This document shows positions 37,560-50,787 of a stretch of 64,000 bases of DNA, piece after piece (the first letter of the stretch is position 1; every line of letters starts with the position of its first letter). A program made the position numbers and the translations under genes. The stretch lies in assembly GCF_006345805.1 (NCBI RefSeq), contig NC_043011.1, positions 31,756,464 to 31,820,463 of the forward strand, written 5' to 3'. Origin of the DNA: Octopus sinensis (taxonomy: Eukaryota). Under the pieces are notes generated by a model. It was not told the origin of the DNA, did no database searches, and saw only the letters and a list, made by a program, of their open reading frames with translations.

Positions 37560-37940
37560 CAGGTGCTTTTATGTGGAACCACATGGGTGTTTTTACTTAG
37601 CATCACAAGGGCGCTGTTACATGGCATCACATGAGCACTTTTATGTGACACCACACAGGTGCTTTTACATGGCACTGCACAGATGCCTTTATGTGACACC
37701 AACAGGTGCTTTTACTTGCACTGCATGGGCACTTATGTGGTACTGTATGGACATTTTTACATGGCACCACATGGATGTTTTGATGTGGAACCACATGAAT
37801 GCCTTTATGTGGTACCACATGGATGCTCTTATGTGGCACTGAACAGGTACTTTTATGTGACACCACATGGGTGATTTTATTTGACAATGCACAGGTACTT
37901 CTATGTGGCACTGCATGGTCTCTTTTATATGGCACCACAG
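37560..37940. repeat. ~22-bp minisatellite
   Basis: About 16-17 diverged GGTGCTTTTATGTGGCACCACAT units, continuous with a SINE2 copy at 37272-37560. Confidence 0.85.
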
Positions 37941-38561
37941 GATTGCCAATCATACTACCACAAAAGGCAGGGCCAGCTTGGAAAAAATTAAATATGTTGC
38001 AATAAAAACATTAATACCTACATGAACAAGGCTCAGTTAATCAGATTGGCTGACGTGTAACCAGGTGAGCATGAATCTTGAGAAGAGATTGAATCTTGAG
38101 ATGAGAAGAGTAAACATGATGGGCATGGGTAGAATGTTTTTGTTCACATACCTCCAGAGCCATCTTAACAGCATTATAGCCACCCTCCACCACCAGGTAA
38201 ATCAATGCACTGGACCCTATTATATTTACTTACTGACAACAATCCACATCATACGTAGGTGAGAATGGACCCCCTGAACCTGTGAGGCACCTGCACAACT
38301 ACCCATGCCTTAAGACAGCAATGTATATCTCTTTAATCAAGGTTTACCTGATTCTAAGCAACAATGACAACAACGACAATAACTAGATTTATATGAATTG
38401 GTTTTTCCAAACACCTGTTTCAATATCAACAGGATCTATAGTAGTGTCACCATACACTATAATTCACTATAAGCCCCAGAACCCCTTTCTAGCATTTCCT
38501 TTTCTTTTTTTCTTTCTTTTTTTATATCTTGCCACAAGTTAGTGCATATATAAAATTATGT

Positions 38562-38855
38562 TTGTTTGTTCCTTCTTGAGCCATCCCTGCTCATAAGGGC
38601 TGGTTTCCCGGTTTCCTTGGCATATAGCTTCCCCACCTGGATGGGACACCGGTCCATCACAGGTGAGCTGCAAGATGCAGGAGGAAAGAGTGAAAGAAAG
38701 TTGTGGCGAAAGAGTCAACAGAAGTTTGCCATTACCTTCTGCCGGAAGTGCAGAGTTTCACTCATAAACACACACATCGGCCGGTCTGAGATTTGAACCC
38801 GCAATCCCTCGACCATGAGTCCACTGCTCTAACCACTAGGCCATGTGCCTCCATA
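38562..38855 (-). mobile_element. tRNA-derived SINE family 5
   Basis: Reverse complement of the 46490-46772 element (AAGGTAATGGCAAACTTCTG...CCAAGGAAACCGGGAAACC). Confidence 0.75.
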
Positions 38856-39634
38856 AAATTATATAGTGAAGGTTTTTATCAATGTGTTCACATGATGTAT
38901 TTCCTGAGACTACCAAAATGTTCTCCCTGACCACTACTCTTTATAAGAGTTTGGCTAGTCCATTCTTCCAATCGGCTAGTCCATTCTTCCAATCCCCTAG
39001 GGGTATCAATGATTCTTGCCACAACAATTTTGCAAGAAGACAATAAGGGTTTATGTCATGAATGTTTTGTACACCGTGAGTATCAGAAGATGACAAAGTT
39101 ACTGGACTGGTTCGTCCGGCCATACCATAAACTCTTGTTATTAAGTCAACCGTAAAGGTGGCAAGCTAGCAGAACCTTTTAAGGCAGTGAGCTGGCAGAA
39201 ACGTTAGCACACCGGGCAGAATGCTCAGCGGTATTTCGTCTGTCTTTACGTTCTCAGTTCAAATTCTGCTGAAGTTGACTTTGCCTTTCATCCTTTTGGT
39301 GGTCCTTAAAGTAAGTACCAGTTAAGTAACAGAGTCAATGTGATTAACTTTCCCATCCCCTCAAAAACTGCTGGCCCTGTGCTAAAATTTGAAACCATTA
39401 TTAACTCCTAGGCATTTAAACCAGCCAAATTCAGTCAAAATAATCTTCCTGTATTATCTTTGAACTGGCTAGTCCAGCCTCTCACACCTACCCTACAATG
39501 TCATTCTAAAAATAAACAATTACATCATTGAAATCTCAAAACCACAAGTTAATGCATGATTAATCCAAAACAAGGTGAATAAATAAGCATTTACTCGGCA
39601 CAGGAATGGCATAGGTGTGGCTTAGGTGTAGCAT

Positions 39635-40070
39635 AGGTGCAGGAGTGCCCATGTGGGAAGTAGCTTGTATTGCAACCACACAGTTTCAGGTTCAGTCCCA
39701 CTGTGTGGCATCTTGGGCAAGTGTCTTCTACTATAGCCTTGGGCTGATTGTGAGTGGATTTAGTAGAAGGAAACTGAAAGAAGCCTGTCGTAATAATATA
39801 TATATATATATGTATGTATGTGTGTATATATGTGTATATTTGTGTGTCTGTGTTTGTCCCCTCACCACCATCATTGCTTGACAACTGATGTTGGTATGTT
39901 TATGTCCAAATAACGTAGCAGTTTGGCAATAGAGACTGATAGAATAAGTACTAGACTTACAGAGAATAAGTCCCGGGGGGGTTTAATTTGTTCGACTAAA
40001 GGTGGGTGCTCCAGCTTGGTCACAGTCAAATGACTGAAACAAGTAAAAGAATAAAAGAATGAAAAGAATT
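39635..40070 (+). mobile_element. SINE family 1
   Basis: Head, microsatellite and a CAGTCAAATGACTGAAACAAGTAAAAGA tail. Confidence 0.8.
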
Positions 40071-40980
40071 CCATTTAACAGAGATATTTGAATGCTAAAG
40101 TGTTAAGTCAATTGCAATCCAACACGTTGGACAAAATGCTTATCAGGGTTTCTTCCAGCTCTTTACATTCTGAGTTCAAATCCCAGGGTTGATAAATTAA
40201 ATGCGAGTTGAGCACTGAAGGATGATATCATTGACTTGGCCCCTCCTCTAGAATTTCTGGCCTTCTGTCAAAATTAGAGTAATTAAGTCAATTGCAATAG
40301 TTGCTGTTTGAACCCAAGTCAGTCCTAATTAAACATACCTGTAACAAAGAATGTTCCAGTTTTGACCATTATCTGAGCTATCCATCTTTGTTAAAATGGT
40401 AATGAATTATTTGCTGGAGGTTTGGTTGATATTTCTAGCAGGTTGAATGACTACCAAAGAAGCCCTCTCACTGGCTCTTTATTAAGTCAGTTGATTAATT
40501 TCTATTACCTTGGAGACCTAATTAGTTCTCAAGATATGTGTGGAAGTCATAATCATAATTAGTAGATTAAGTAAGTTTAGGAAGAAATCATTTCCCTTAT
40601 CATAAAACGATTTTCTCTGAGTTGAATGTAGAATGTGTAACAGGCAAACCTCCAGCTGTGACAAGTGAGTGTTCCAGTCAATCCGATCAACAGAACAGCC
40701 TGCTCCTGAAGTTAAAGTGCAAGCAGTTGAGCTACTCCATAGGCACACATAACCGTAATGTAGTTCTCAGGGAGATTAATTGTGATACAGAATGTGGCAA
40801 AGCTGGCCCTTTGAAATACAGGTGCTATACATTTTTATCAGCTGTGAAGACTGGAGCAGCATCAAATAAAGTGTATTGCACAAAGGTTACCAAGTACAGT
40901 CAAGTATTGAACTTATGACCTTATGATTGTGAGCCAAATACTCTAACCACTAAGCCATGCACCTGAACAAAATATATAAC

Positions 40981-41560
40981 ATCATCATCATCATCATCGT
41001 TTAATGTCCGCTTTCCATGCTGGCATGGGTTGGACGATATGACTGAGGGCTGGCGAACCAGATGGCTGCACCAGGCTCCAATCTTGATCTGGCAGAGTTT
41101 CTACAGCTCGATGCCCTTCCTAACACCAACCACTTTGAGAGTGTAGTGGGTGCTTTTACATGCCACCGGCATGGGGGCCAGTCAAGCGGTACTGGCAACA
41201 ACATTGCTCAAATCTTTTTACACATGCCACCAGCACAGGTGCCAGTGAGGCGATGCTGGTAATGATCACGCTCGGAGGGTGCCTTTTACATGCCACCGGC
41301 ACAGAAGCCAGTTAGCCGCTCTGGCAATGATCATGCTCAGATGATGCTCTTAGCACCCTACTAGCACGGGGCACAAGTGCCAGTAAGGCGACGCTGGTAA
41401 CGATCACACTCAAACGGTGCCTTTTATGTGCCACTGGCACGGAAGCCGGTTAGCCGCTCTGTCAACAATCACACTCATATGGTGCTCTTTGCACCCCGCT
41501 AGCACGGATCAAATTTGATTTCGATTTCACTTGCCTCAACAGGTCTTCACAAGCAGAGTT
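40981..41560 (-). mobile_element. SINE family 2 with internal tandem repeats
   Basis: (CAT)n CGTTTAATGTCC followed by repeated TTTTACATGCCACCGGCAC units and ...GCCTCAACAGGTCTTCACAAG. Confidence 0.8.
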
Positions 41561-42041
41561 TAGTGTCCAAAGAAGGAATAATGTAAATGATAGCAGATCT
41601 CGAGAGGGTTGGAGAGAAATCAAGTAAGTTGTACGTTTGATCAGCAAGAAACGTTATGTTGACCTATTTTGGTAGTTAGGACGCAAGGGAAGCTGAAAAA
41701 ATGGTAGGACATTGGAGACAGCAGAAATGTGTGGGAGAGATATCAAGAAAAACGGCACAAGTGTTGACATGTGTCAAAAATGGATGAGAAAGTGTTGTGT
41801 ACTATTAGTCGAGGACACCAGTGGTTGGCATGAGCTAAAGGCATGTTAAAAAAGTGATGGTGTCCAATAGCAGGATGTCAGCCCTTACACACGAGCACTG
41901 GCTCAAAAATGAAATTTGGCCAGGGGTGCAAACCCAGGTCCAAAATTTTCTGCAAACCAAGTTTTTCTTATTTGTTTAGCAAAATTCCTGATGTGAAGTC
42001 TTGTGTTGGAACAGATATTGTTATATTTTAGGATTCTTTTG

Positions 42042-42434
42042 TTCTTTTACTCGTTTCAGTCATTTGACTGCAGCCATGCTGGAGCACCGCTTTTAGTCGA
42101 GCAAATCAACCCCAGGACTTATTCCTTGGAAGCCTAGTACTTATTCTATCGGTCTCTTTTGCCAAACTGCTAAGTTACGGGGACGTAAACACACCAGCAT
42201 CAGTTGTCGAGCGATGTTGGGGGGACAAACATAGACACACAAATATACACACACACATACATATATATACATATATACAACGGGCTTCTTTCAGTTTCCA
42301 TCTACCAAATCCACTCACAAGGCTTTGGTCGGCCCGAGGCTATAGCAGAAGACACTTGCCCAAGGTGCCATACAGTGGGACTGAACCTGGAACCATGTGG
42401 TTGGTAAGCAACCTACTTACCACACAGCCACTCC
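42042..42434 (-). mobile_element. SINE family 1, full length
   Basis: Close to consensus over ~390 bp. Confidence 0.85.
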
Positions 42435-43011
42435 TGGTGATTTTTTTTTTTTTTGCCACTTAAATGCTCTGCATACTCATTCTTCACTTGTTTATCACTG
42501 TTCTTATTGTAACTCATGTCCATTGTCCGGAAACCTTTCATTACATATTTGCGACCTCTTCAGTAACTCTTCATCCTGCGTGTCTCCTCCTGTCCTGTTT
42601 AGTCCATTGGATGGACAAAATATTTCCAGGAAAGGGACATAAAATAAGAACAATAATAAACAAGTGATAAACAAATATACAGTGCATGTGTTTATTTGAC
42701 AAAATAAGGAAAAAACCATCCCAAAATATAACAATACAAAGGTTTCATTGTTCTTTCCAAATTTATATTTGTTCCTTTGTTCTTTGACAAGAGACATAAC
42801 TTCAAGCTCCGTTTTACAGATTACCTTGTATGCACTGTTTTTTTAGAAAACCTGAGAAGAATAAGTAGGGGTATAAAATTCTGATTTTGCACACACAACC
42901 CACCACACACACACAATTTAGGGGATGTGCTTGCACCTCCTGTTCCTGGGCCCATGTACATGAGATGAGAAAAGACCAAGGTGATTAATTGCATAGCATA
43001 TGTCAGGTGTA

Positions 43012-43420
43012 TGAAGGCGGCGAGCTGGCAGAAACTTTAGCACTCCAGGCAAAATGCTCAGCGGTATTTCATCTGCTGTTACGTTCTGAGTTCAAATTCC
43101 GTCGAGGTTGACTATGACTTTCATCCTTTCGGGGTCGATAAATTAAGTACCAGTTATACACTGGGGTCGATGTAATCGACTTGATCTGTTTGTCTGTCCT
43201 TGTTTGTCCCCTCTGTGTTTAGCCCCTTGTCAGTTGTAAAGAACTAGGTATTTCGTCTGCTGTTACGTTCTGAGTTCAAATTCTGCCGAGGTCGACTTTG
43301 CCTTTTATCCTTTCGGGGTCGATAAATTAAGTACCAGTTATGCAATGGGGTCGATGTAATCGACTTAATCCATTTGTCTGTCCTTGTTTGTCCCTTCTAT
43401 ATTTAGCCCCTTGTGGGCAA
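43012..43420 (+). mobile_element. SINE family 3 with tandemly duplicated body
   Basis: GGTATTTC(A/G)TCTGCTGTTACGTTCTGAGTTCAAATTC...AGCCCCTTGT occurs twice (~43063 and ~43248). Confidence 0.8.
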
Positions 43421-43624
43421 TAAAGAAATAAGTATAGTGTATGCCAGATTCCTTCAACCCATGTAAATGTTCAATGGTGATGATAATGACAACCTCTTTC
43501 AGAAGTGGATGTAATTAGTTTCAGCTCAATTTTCTAATTAAGCTAAGTAATTACCATGATTCCCATCATATTATAAAGGGTGTATCTGTCTCCTTCTGTT
43601 ACCCCCTCATCTTTTTCCATTTCT

Positions 43625-43721
43625 TCATCTATCTATCTATCCACCCATCCATCTATCTATCTATCTATCTATCTATCCATATCTATCTATCTATCTAACT
43701 ATCTATCTATCTATCTATCCA

Positions 43722-43762
<41 letters not shown>

Positions 43763-43870
43763 ATCTATCTATATATCCATATCTCTCTCTCTCTCTATCT
43801 ATCTATTATCTATCTATCTATATATCTAGCTAGCTAGCTATCCATATCTATCTATCTATCTATCTGTCTG

Positions 43871-43948
<78 letters not shown>

Positions 43949-43990
43949 CATATCTATCTATCTATCTATCCATATCTACCTATCCATCCA

Positions 43991-44050
<60 letters not shown>

Positions 44051-44052
44051 CA

Positions 44053-44128
<76 letters not shown>

Positions 44129-44148
44129 CATATCTATCTATCTATCCA

Positions 44149-44237
<89 letters not shown>

Positions 44238-44240
44238 GTC
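43625..44240. repeat. Long (CTAT)n microsatellite
   Basis: About 600 bp of ATCT units with occasional CCAT. Confidence 0.95.
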
Positions 44241-44530
44241 TGTCTGTCTGCCTATCTTTAATTAGGTGGCCCCACCAATCGTATAACTGCTTCCAATATA
44301 TAATTGGGTTTATAGCATCGCTCTCCATAATTGCGTATGTAATCTGATAAAAGTGTTTATCATCAAACTTTCAGATTGTTTAAGTAAACGGAAATGTAGG
44401 TGGGGGAGGTAATTTCAATAAACAATAGCATTTACAACAACAACAACAGCAACAATAACCATAACAACAGCAAACACAGTACCAGCATTCAGGAAAAAAA
44501 ATCATCAACAGTAATAGAGAGCGTGGTGAG

Positions 44531-44617
44531 GAAGAAGAAGAAGAAGAAGAAGGAGAAGAAGAAGAAGAAGAAGAAGAAGAAGAAGAAGAAGAAGAAGAAG
44601 AAGAAGAAGAAGAAGAA
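44531..44617. repeat. (AAG)n microsatellite
   Basis: Near-perfect GAA run. Confidence 0.95.
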
Positions 44618-44789
44618 ACAAATAAAAAGAAAAAGGGGAAAACATTTTTATCCGGACTTCATCTTTCCTGAAGGACATATTTACATTCTCCCATCCTTAC
44701 ATTTAACTTTTTAAAGCATGGGACGAAGGAAATAATTGCAATAATTTAGTCGCAGGGAGTGGTAGAGGCGAGAGAAAGTTTTTATATTC

Positions 44790-44830
<41 letters not shown>

Positions 44831-45652
44831 GACACAGACAGCAGTTATTAGTAGTGGGAGAAAAAAATAGGCATAACTGCTCGTAAGTAGTTTAAATATA
44901 GTTTTGCTGTTGACAACCGCTGTCAACGAACTACAGATGACAACTTTCAGAAAGTTCTCTTTCTTAATAATATTTACCACGTTTGTTTCATTGGATGTGT
45001 GATCGTTAACGAAGGAAAGTTCAGCTTTGAAGGTAAGTTTGAAAAAAATCTTTAAACATTGTCCATGATTGTTTTGCAGAAGGTGACCAAGCGGTGGGTT
45101 CTCTGCTAGATTGGAGATAGTATGATATAAGAGAGACATAAAAAATTAACGCGTTAGCTTCCCCAGGTTAAGATAGATTAATCGAATAACAAACATTTTA
45201 ATATGCATGCGAATATACATGTGCCCGCGCGTGTGTACAGTGACAGAAGTGTAGTTTTGGATCAAGGGATACGTTAAGATCCAGAAGGTTAAAACTGCCA
45301 AGGAGGGGTAAGTTACGTGCTGTAGGATTCTACCATAAAGAGCTGAAAAATTAAAGGAATGCGGTTCTTTTTTTTCATAACTCCCTCTTATATATAAATA
45401 TACATATACTCATATTAAGAGTTTTACTTTTGTTTACGCCAACATGCCTATATATATATATATATATATATATACCGTTTTACTTGTTTCAGTAATTTGA
45501 CTGCGGCCAGACTGGAGCACCGCCTTTAGTCGAACAAATCGACCCCAGGACTGTTTCATTGAAAGCCTAGTACTTATTTTATCGCACTCTTTTGCCGAAC
45601 CGCTTGTTTACGGGGACGTAAACACACCATATCTACCTACCTACCTACCTAC

Positions 45653-45748
<96 letters not shown>

Positions 45749-46283
45749 ACATACATACATACATATGTGAGTGTGTGTGTGTGTATACATATTTCAAATT
45801 ACATATATAATACAAGACATCATAAGTCGTACTCTAAGAAGAGATCCTGTCGCGGGATTCAAACTACGTATTTTCATGCCAAATGATCCCAACTACATGG
45901 TTCTGGGTTCAGTTCTACTGCACTGCTTGGCACTAAAGGCACCCATCATGTATATACATATGTGTGTGTATATATATATATATATATATACGATGATGAT
46001 GATAATGGTATATATGGAGATATATATATAATGATGATGATGATAATGGTATATATGGAGATAGGATTAATAAAATTCATTAATACATTGGCAATAATAT
46101 ATGAAACAGCTGTCAGCTACAATGTAATTGTATTTTCTATTTCTATTTCTATGTCTAGTTGTATTTATAATATATTATGTATAATGTCATTGCTGTTGTG
46201 TAATGGTTAATAAAGTATTGATTGGGTATTATCTGATGGTTGATGATTGATTTAGGTTTGTTTCTCCATTTTCTCATTTTGTA

Positions 46284-46339
<56 letters not shown>

Positions 46340-46428
46340 ATATATGCGTGTGCTTATATAATAAGATATTCAACCAGTCTAATCTTGGATATTCTCTCGC
46401 TCTGAGATTTATATGTCTTCACCTGTAC

Positions 46429-46474
<46 letters not shown>

Positions 46475-46489
46475 GTTATATATATATAT

Positions 46490-46772
46490 ATAGTGGTTAG
46501 GGCATTGGACTCGCGGTTGAGGGATCGCAGGGTTCAGATCTCAGACTAGGCGATGTGAGTGTTTATGAGTGAAGCACCTAAGCTCCACACGCCTCCGGCA
46601 GAAGGTAATGGCAAACTTCTGCTGAATCTTTCGCCACAACTTTCTCTCACTCTTTCCTCCTGCATCTAGCAGCTCACCTGCGACGGACAGACGTCCTGTC
46701 CAGGTGGGGAACCTATACGCCAAGGAAACCGGGAAACCGGCCTTTATGAGCCAGGCGTGGCTTGAGAAGGAA
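46490..46772 (+). mobile_element. tRNA-derived SINE family 5
   Basis: GTGGTTAGGGC A-box-like motif, GGGTTCAGATC B-box-like motif, a GACGTCCTGTCCAGGTGG domain and a (CA)n tail. Confidence 0.75.
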
Positions 46773-47132
46773 CACACACACACACACACACACATATATA
46801 TGTAATGTATATATATACATATATATATAGGAGACTATTGTAGTTCGCTTGAAACATTGTGTATTGTTTGTAAAGAATTAACTGTTTTGAATTCGGAATC
46901 TCCGCCCTTGATATAGTGTGTTCCTGTAAAAAAAAAAATCCCAAAGGGGGATTGGTCCATGATTGTTACCTCCTCCTATATACCTATGTAATCATTTGAT
47001 TACATATGTATATCTATATATGTAAACAAATGAATTACAACATACAATGGCCAATTATCCTAGAGTATACCAATAATGTACTATTCAACATAATGCGTGA
47101 TTTGAACCTTGGCGCTAAATACTCATAGGGTT

Positions 47133-47172
<40 letters not shown>

Positions 47173-47489
47173 TACGATGGGCTTCTTTCAGTTTCCGTCT
47201 ACCAAATCCACTCACAAGGCTTTGGTAGGCCCGAGGATATAGTAGAAGACACTTGCCCAAGGTGCCACGCAGTGGGACTGAACCCAGAACCATGTGGTTG
47301 GTAAGCAAGCTACTTACCACACAGCCACTCCTGAATATATATATACTATGAATATATACATATATATATATTATTTCTTTTATTCTTTTACTTGTTTCAG
47401 TCATCTGAGTGCAGCTATGCTGGAGTACCGCCTTTCATCGAACAGATTGACCCCAGAACTTATTCTTTGTAATACAGTTCTATATTTGA

Positions 47490-47747
47490 GAGACTAGGAA
47501 TTATGTACATTCTTTACACTATTTACATTTGAGGGATATCTGTCTTCATCTTGTTTGTTATTAACACAACATTTCAGCTGATATACCCTTCAGCCTTCAT
47601 CAGGTGTCTTGGGGAAATTTTGAGCCTGGGTTCTCATTCCTAAGGTATTTTTCGATGTTATTATTATTGTTCAGGTCAGTGGTTGGAATTGAACTGGGAA
47701 TCTTGGGGTTAGTAGCTTGTGCTCTTAACCACTATGCCATATGCCCG
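47490..47747 (-). mobile_element. tRNA-headed element carrying a hammerhead motif
   Basis: A box TGGCATAGTGG (47739-47729), B box GTTCAATTC (47694-47686), HHR at 47608-47563, then an AT-rich tail. Confidence 0.75.
47563..47608 (-). ncRNA. Minimal type I hammerhead motif, canonical core plus extra A
   Basis: GACAC CUGAUGA A GGCUG-AAGGGUAUAU-CAGCU GAAAU GUU GUGUU. Confidence 0.7.
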
Positions 47748-47868
47748 TGGTTCGAAATTTCCCCAAGGCACCCGATAAAGGCTGGAGGGTATATCAGCCG
47801 AAACGTTGTGTTAACAACAAACAAGATGAGGACAAATATCCATCAAATGTAAATAATGTAAATAATGT
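47748..47868 (+). mobile_element. 5'-truncated inverted copy of the same element with a core-mutated HHR (47767-47812)
   Basis: GGCAC CCGAUAA A GGCUG-GAGGGUAUAU-CAGCC GAAAC GUU GUGUU, followed by the same tail as the minus-strand copy. Confidence 0.75.
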
Positions 47869-48170
47869 TATTCTTTGTAAGCCTAGTACTTATTCTATTG
47901 GTCTCTTTACGAGAACAAAAACACACCAACATCGGTTGTCAAGTGATGGTGGGGGGGACAAACACAGACACAAATACTTATATCCGCCTACCAGATACAC
48001 TCGCAAGGTTTTGGTTGGCCTGAGGCTATAGTAGAAGACACTTACCCAAAGTTCCACGCAGTGGTACAGAACCCGGAATTTTGTTTCCTCGTAACTTTTA
48101 GGAAACCATCTGGTTGGGAAGCAAGCTACTTATCACACAGCCACTCCTACACATATATGTATATATATAT

Positions 48171-48545
48171 CATCATCATCATCATCATCATCATTTAGCG
48201 TCCGCTTTCCATGCTAGCATGGGTTGGGCGGTTCAACTGGGGTCTGGGAAGCCAGAAGGCTGCACCAGGCCCAGTCTGATCTGGCAATGTTTCTACGGCT
48301 GGATGCCCTTCCTAACGCCAACCACTCCGAGAGTGTAGTGGGTGCTTTTTACGTGCCACCAGCACAGGTGCCAGACGGGGCTGACAAATGGCCACGGTCG
48401 GATGGTGCTTTTTACGTACCACCGGCACGGGAGCCAGGCGAGGCTGGCAATGGCCATGATCAGATGGTGCTTTTTACATGCCACCGGCACGGGGGCCAGG
48501 GGAGGCTGGCAACGGCCATGATCGGATGGTGCTTTTTACGTGCCC
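48171..48545 (-). mobile_element. SINE family 2, young copy
   Basis: (CAT)n, a CpG-retaining body and three internal GGTGCTTTTTAC repeats. Confidence 0.85.
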
Positions 48546-49264
48546 CACACACACACGCACACAGACACGTGTGTGTGTGTGTATACACATACATGCGCAC
48601 GCCCACCCACCTACCTACACAAGTTCCCAATCCCTAACTTTATTTCCTCATAACTTTTAGGAAAATGAAATTTTCTACAAGTACCTTTCAGACATTGTAG
48701 ATTATAATCGTATCAGAATTTGATATGAGAAAAAAAGAAAAAAAAGAAGGAAAATCGATAGATGCTCACACATACATATTGATATACATTACATAATTTT
48801 TTTCAAAACTTCGTTTCATTTTGTAGTTATATCTGTGGTGTGTGGAGATATGTGTGTGTGTGTGCCCACCAATTTTTTTTTCCTCCATATTAAACTCTGA
48901 TATAATCTTAATGCACTCCCTCTGACTGGTATTTGTAGAAAATTTCATTTTAAACTGCCCATTTTTAAGAAGAAACAAAGTCAGAGAGGAGAGGACACAC
49001 TTTTGTAGGTATTTGTATGTGTATTGGGGGTGGGGTGCATGTGTTTACATTCATACTTTCTGAAAATTACTGAGCTACAAGCTGTGATGTCATTTCCTTT
49101 GTCAACAGACTGTTTGCTGGTTTTGCATGTCTATCTCTCTCTCTCTCTCTCTCTCCAAATACATGCACCCCACTCACACACATATACATGTACACCTTCA
49201 CTTTGGTGCATTATTAAATACATGAGCGTGTGTGGATACATACATATATATATATATATATATA

Positions 49265-49704
49265 TTCTTTTATTCTTTTACTTGCTTCAGTCATTTGACT
49301 GTGGCCATGCTGGAGTACCACCTTTAGTTGAGCAAATTGACCCCGACTTATTTTCTGTAAGCCTAGTACTTATTCTATCGGTCTCTGTTGCTGAACTGCT
49401 AAGTTACGGGGACGTAAACACACCAGCATCGGTTGTCAAGCGATGTTGGGGGTACAAACACAGACACAAACATACACACACACATACATACATACATACA
49501 TATACATATACATATATATATATATATATATACATATATACGATGGGCTTCTTTCAGTTTCCATCTACCAAATCCACTCACAAGGCTTTGGTTGGCCCGA
49601 GGCTATAGAAGAAGACACTTGCCCAAGGTGCCACGCAGTGGGACTGAACCCGGAACCATGTGGTTGGTAAGCAAGCTACTTACCACACACCCACTCCTAT
49701 GCCT
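49265..49704 (-). mobile_element. SINE family 1, full length
   Basis: Close to consensus. Confidence 0.85.
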
Positions 49705-50214
49705 ATATTAGATCATTATAAATATATCATCTGTTTTGGTTGTTCAATAAGAATTTGCAGACCCTTCCTCTATTATCTATGGCACTAGAGTCCATGTATA
49801 TACACACGCACATGCATACAAACATCAAATTACTCTGACTGCAAAGGTAACCACTGCCGCTTTAACAAAGACACCAAACGTGAAATTGTAAATGTTAATG
49901 TGTCACTCCGAGTGTCGAGGATCAAATATGCTTCAGAGACAGCTTCAGAACAAGGGACACAGACTCTTGTTGCAGATCTCTAAGAAAATACTTGAGATGT
50001 TGCCTATCATGAATATTTCCAAAGAAATTTCGGCAAATATAGAGCCTCTGACAGTGGTGCAGCTTGAGTGTAAGCTCTCTAGTGTAGCCCTTGATTTTGT
50101 TGTCTCCCCAAAGCCTATTCAGACTTATACAGTAGACCCAAAAGTGCCACCCTCTTAAAAGCACTGCTTGGGGGCCTGTCACACACCCCCTACCTCCCCA
50201 GCTATATTACTTAA

Positions 50215-50695
50215 CCCTTTAGCATTCAGATTACTCTCTCAAATGTAATGCTTATTTATTCACATTGTTTTGAGTTAAGCATATGATATCTCATAGCTTT
50301 GTGGAGGTGCGTGGCTTAGTGGTTAGGGTGTTGGACTCATTATCATGACATTGTGGTTTCGATTCCTGGACCGGGTGACACGTTGTGTTCTTGAGCAAAA
50401 CACTTCATTTCACATTGCTGTAGTCCACTCAGCTGGCAAAAATGAGTAATCCTGTAACAGACCAGCGTCCTATCCAGGTGGAGAATATATATGCCATGGA
50501 AACCAGAAAACTGTTATCAATCAATATGGCTCAAGAAGGTAACCTTACCTTCATCTAATAGCTTTGAGATTTTGATGATGCGGTCGCTTATGTTTAGAAT
50601 GATATTGTTGTGTAGGTGTGAGAAGCAAGATCTGCTCAGTTTGAACATAAAGCAAGTAGAATAAACCAGATATGGCTGGTTTAAATGCTAAAGGG
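50215..50695. mobile_element. piggyBac-type MITE with a nested SINE family 4 (~50322-50560)
   Basis: TTAA|CCCTTTAGCATT...AATGCTAAAGGG|TTAA. Related partial copies lie near 16930-17250, 17590, 18400-18730, 21590, 26430, 39410 and 61630-61852. Confidence 0.85.
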
Positions 50696-50787
50696 TTAAT
50701 TCTGGTAAATTTAAACTTCCTCATAATAGAAAATTACTATTTCTAAATCTCACAACCTAAGATATTCAGCAACAGTACTTTGTAACA

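Noticed and set aside
44400-44714. Poly-N/poly-K ORF
   Set aside because: Product of (AAC)n and (AAG)n microsatellites.
49892-50158. 88-aa ORF
   Set aside because: No recognisable homology or splice signals; I cannot support it as an exon.
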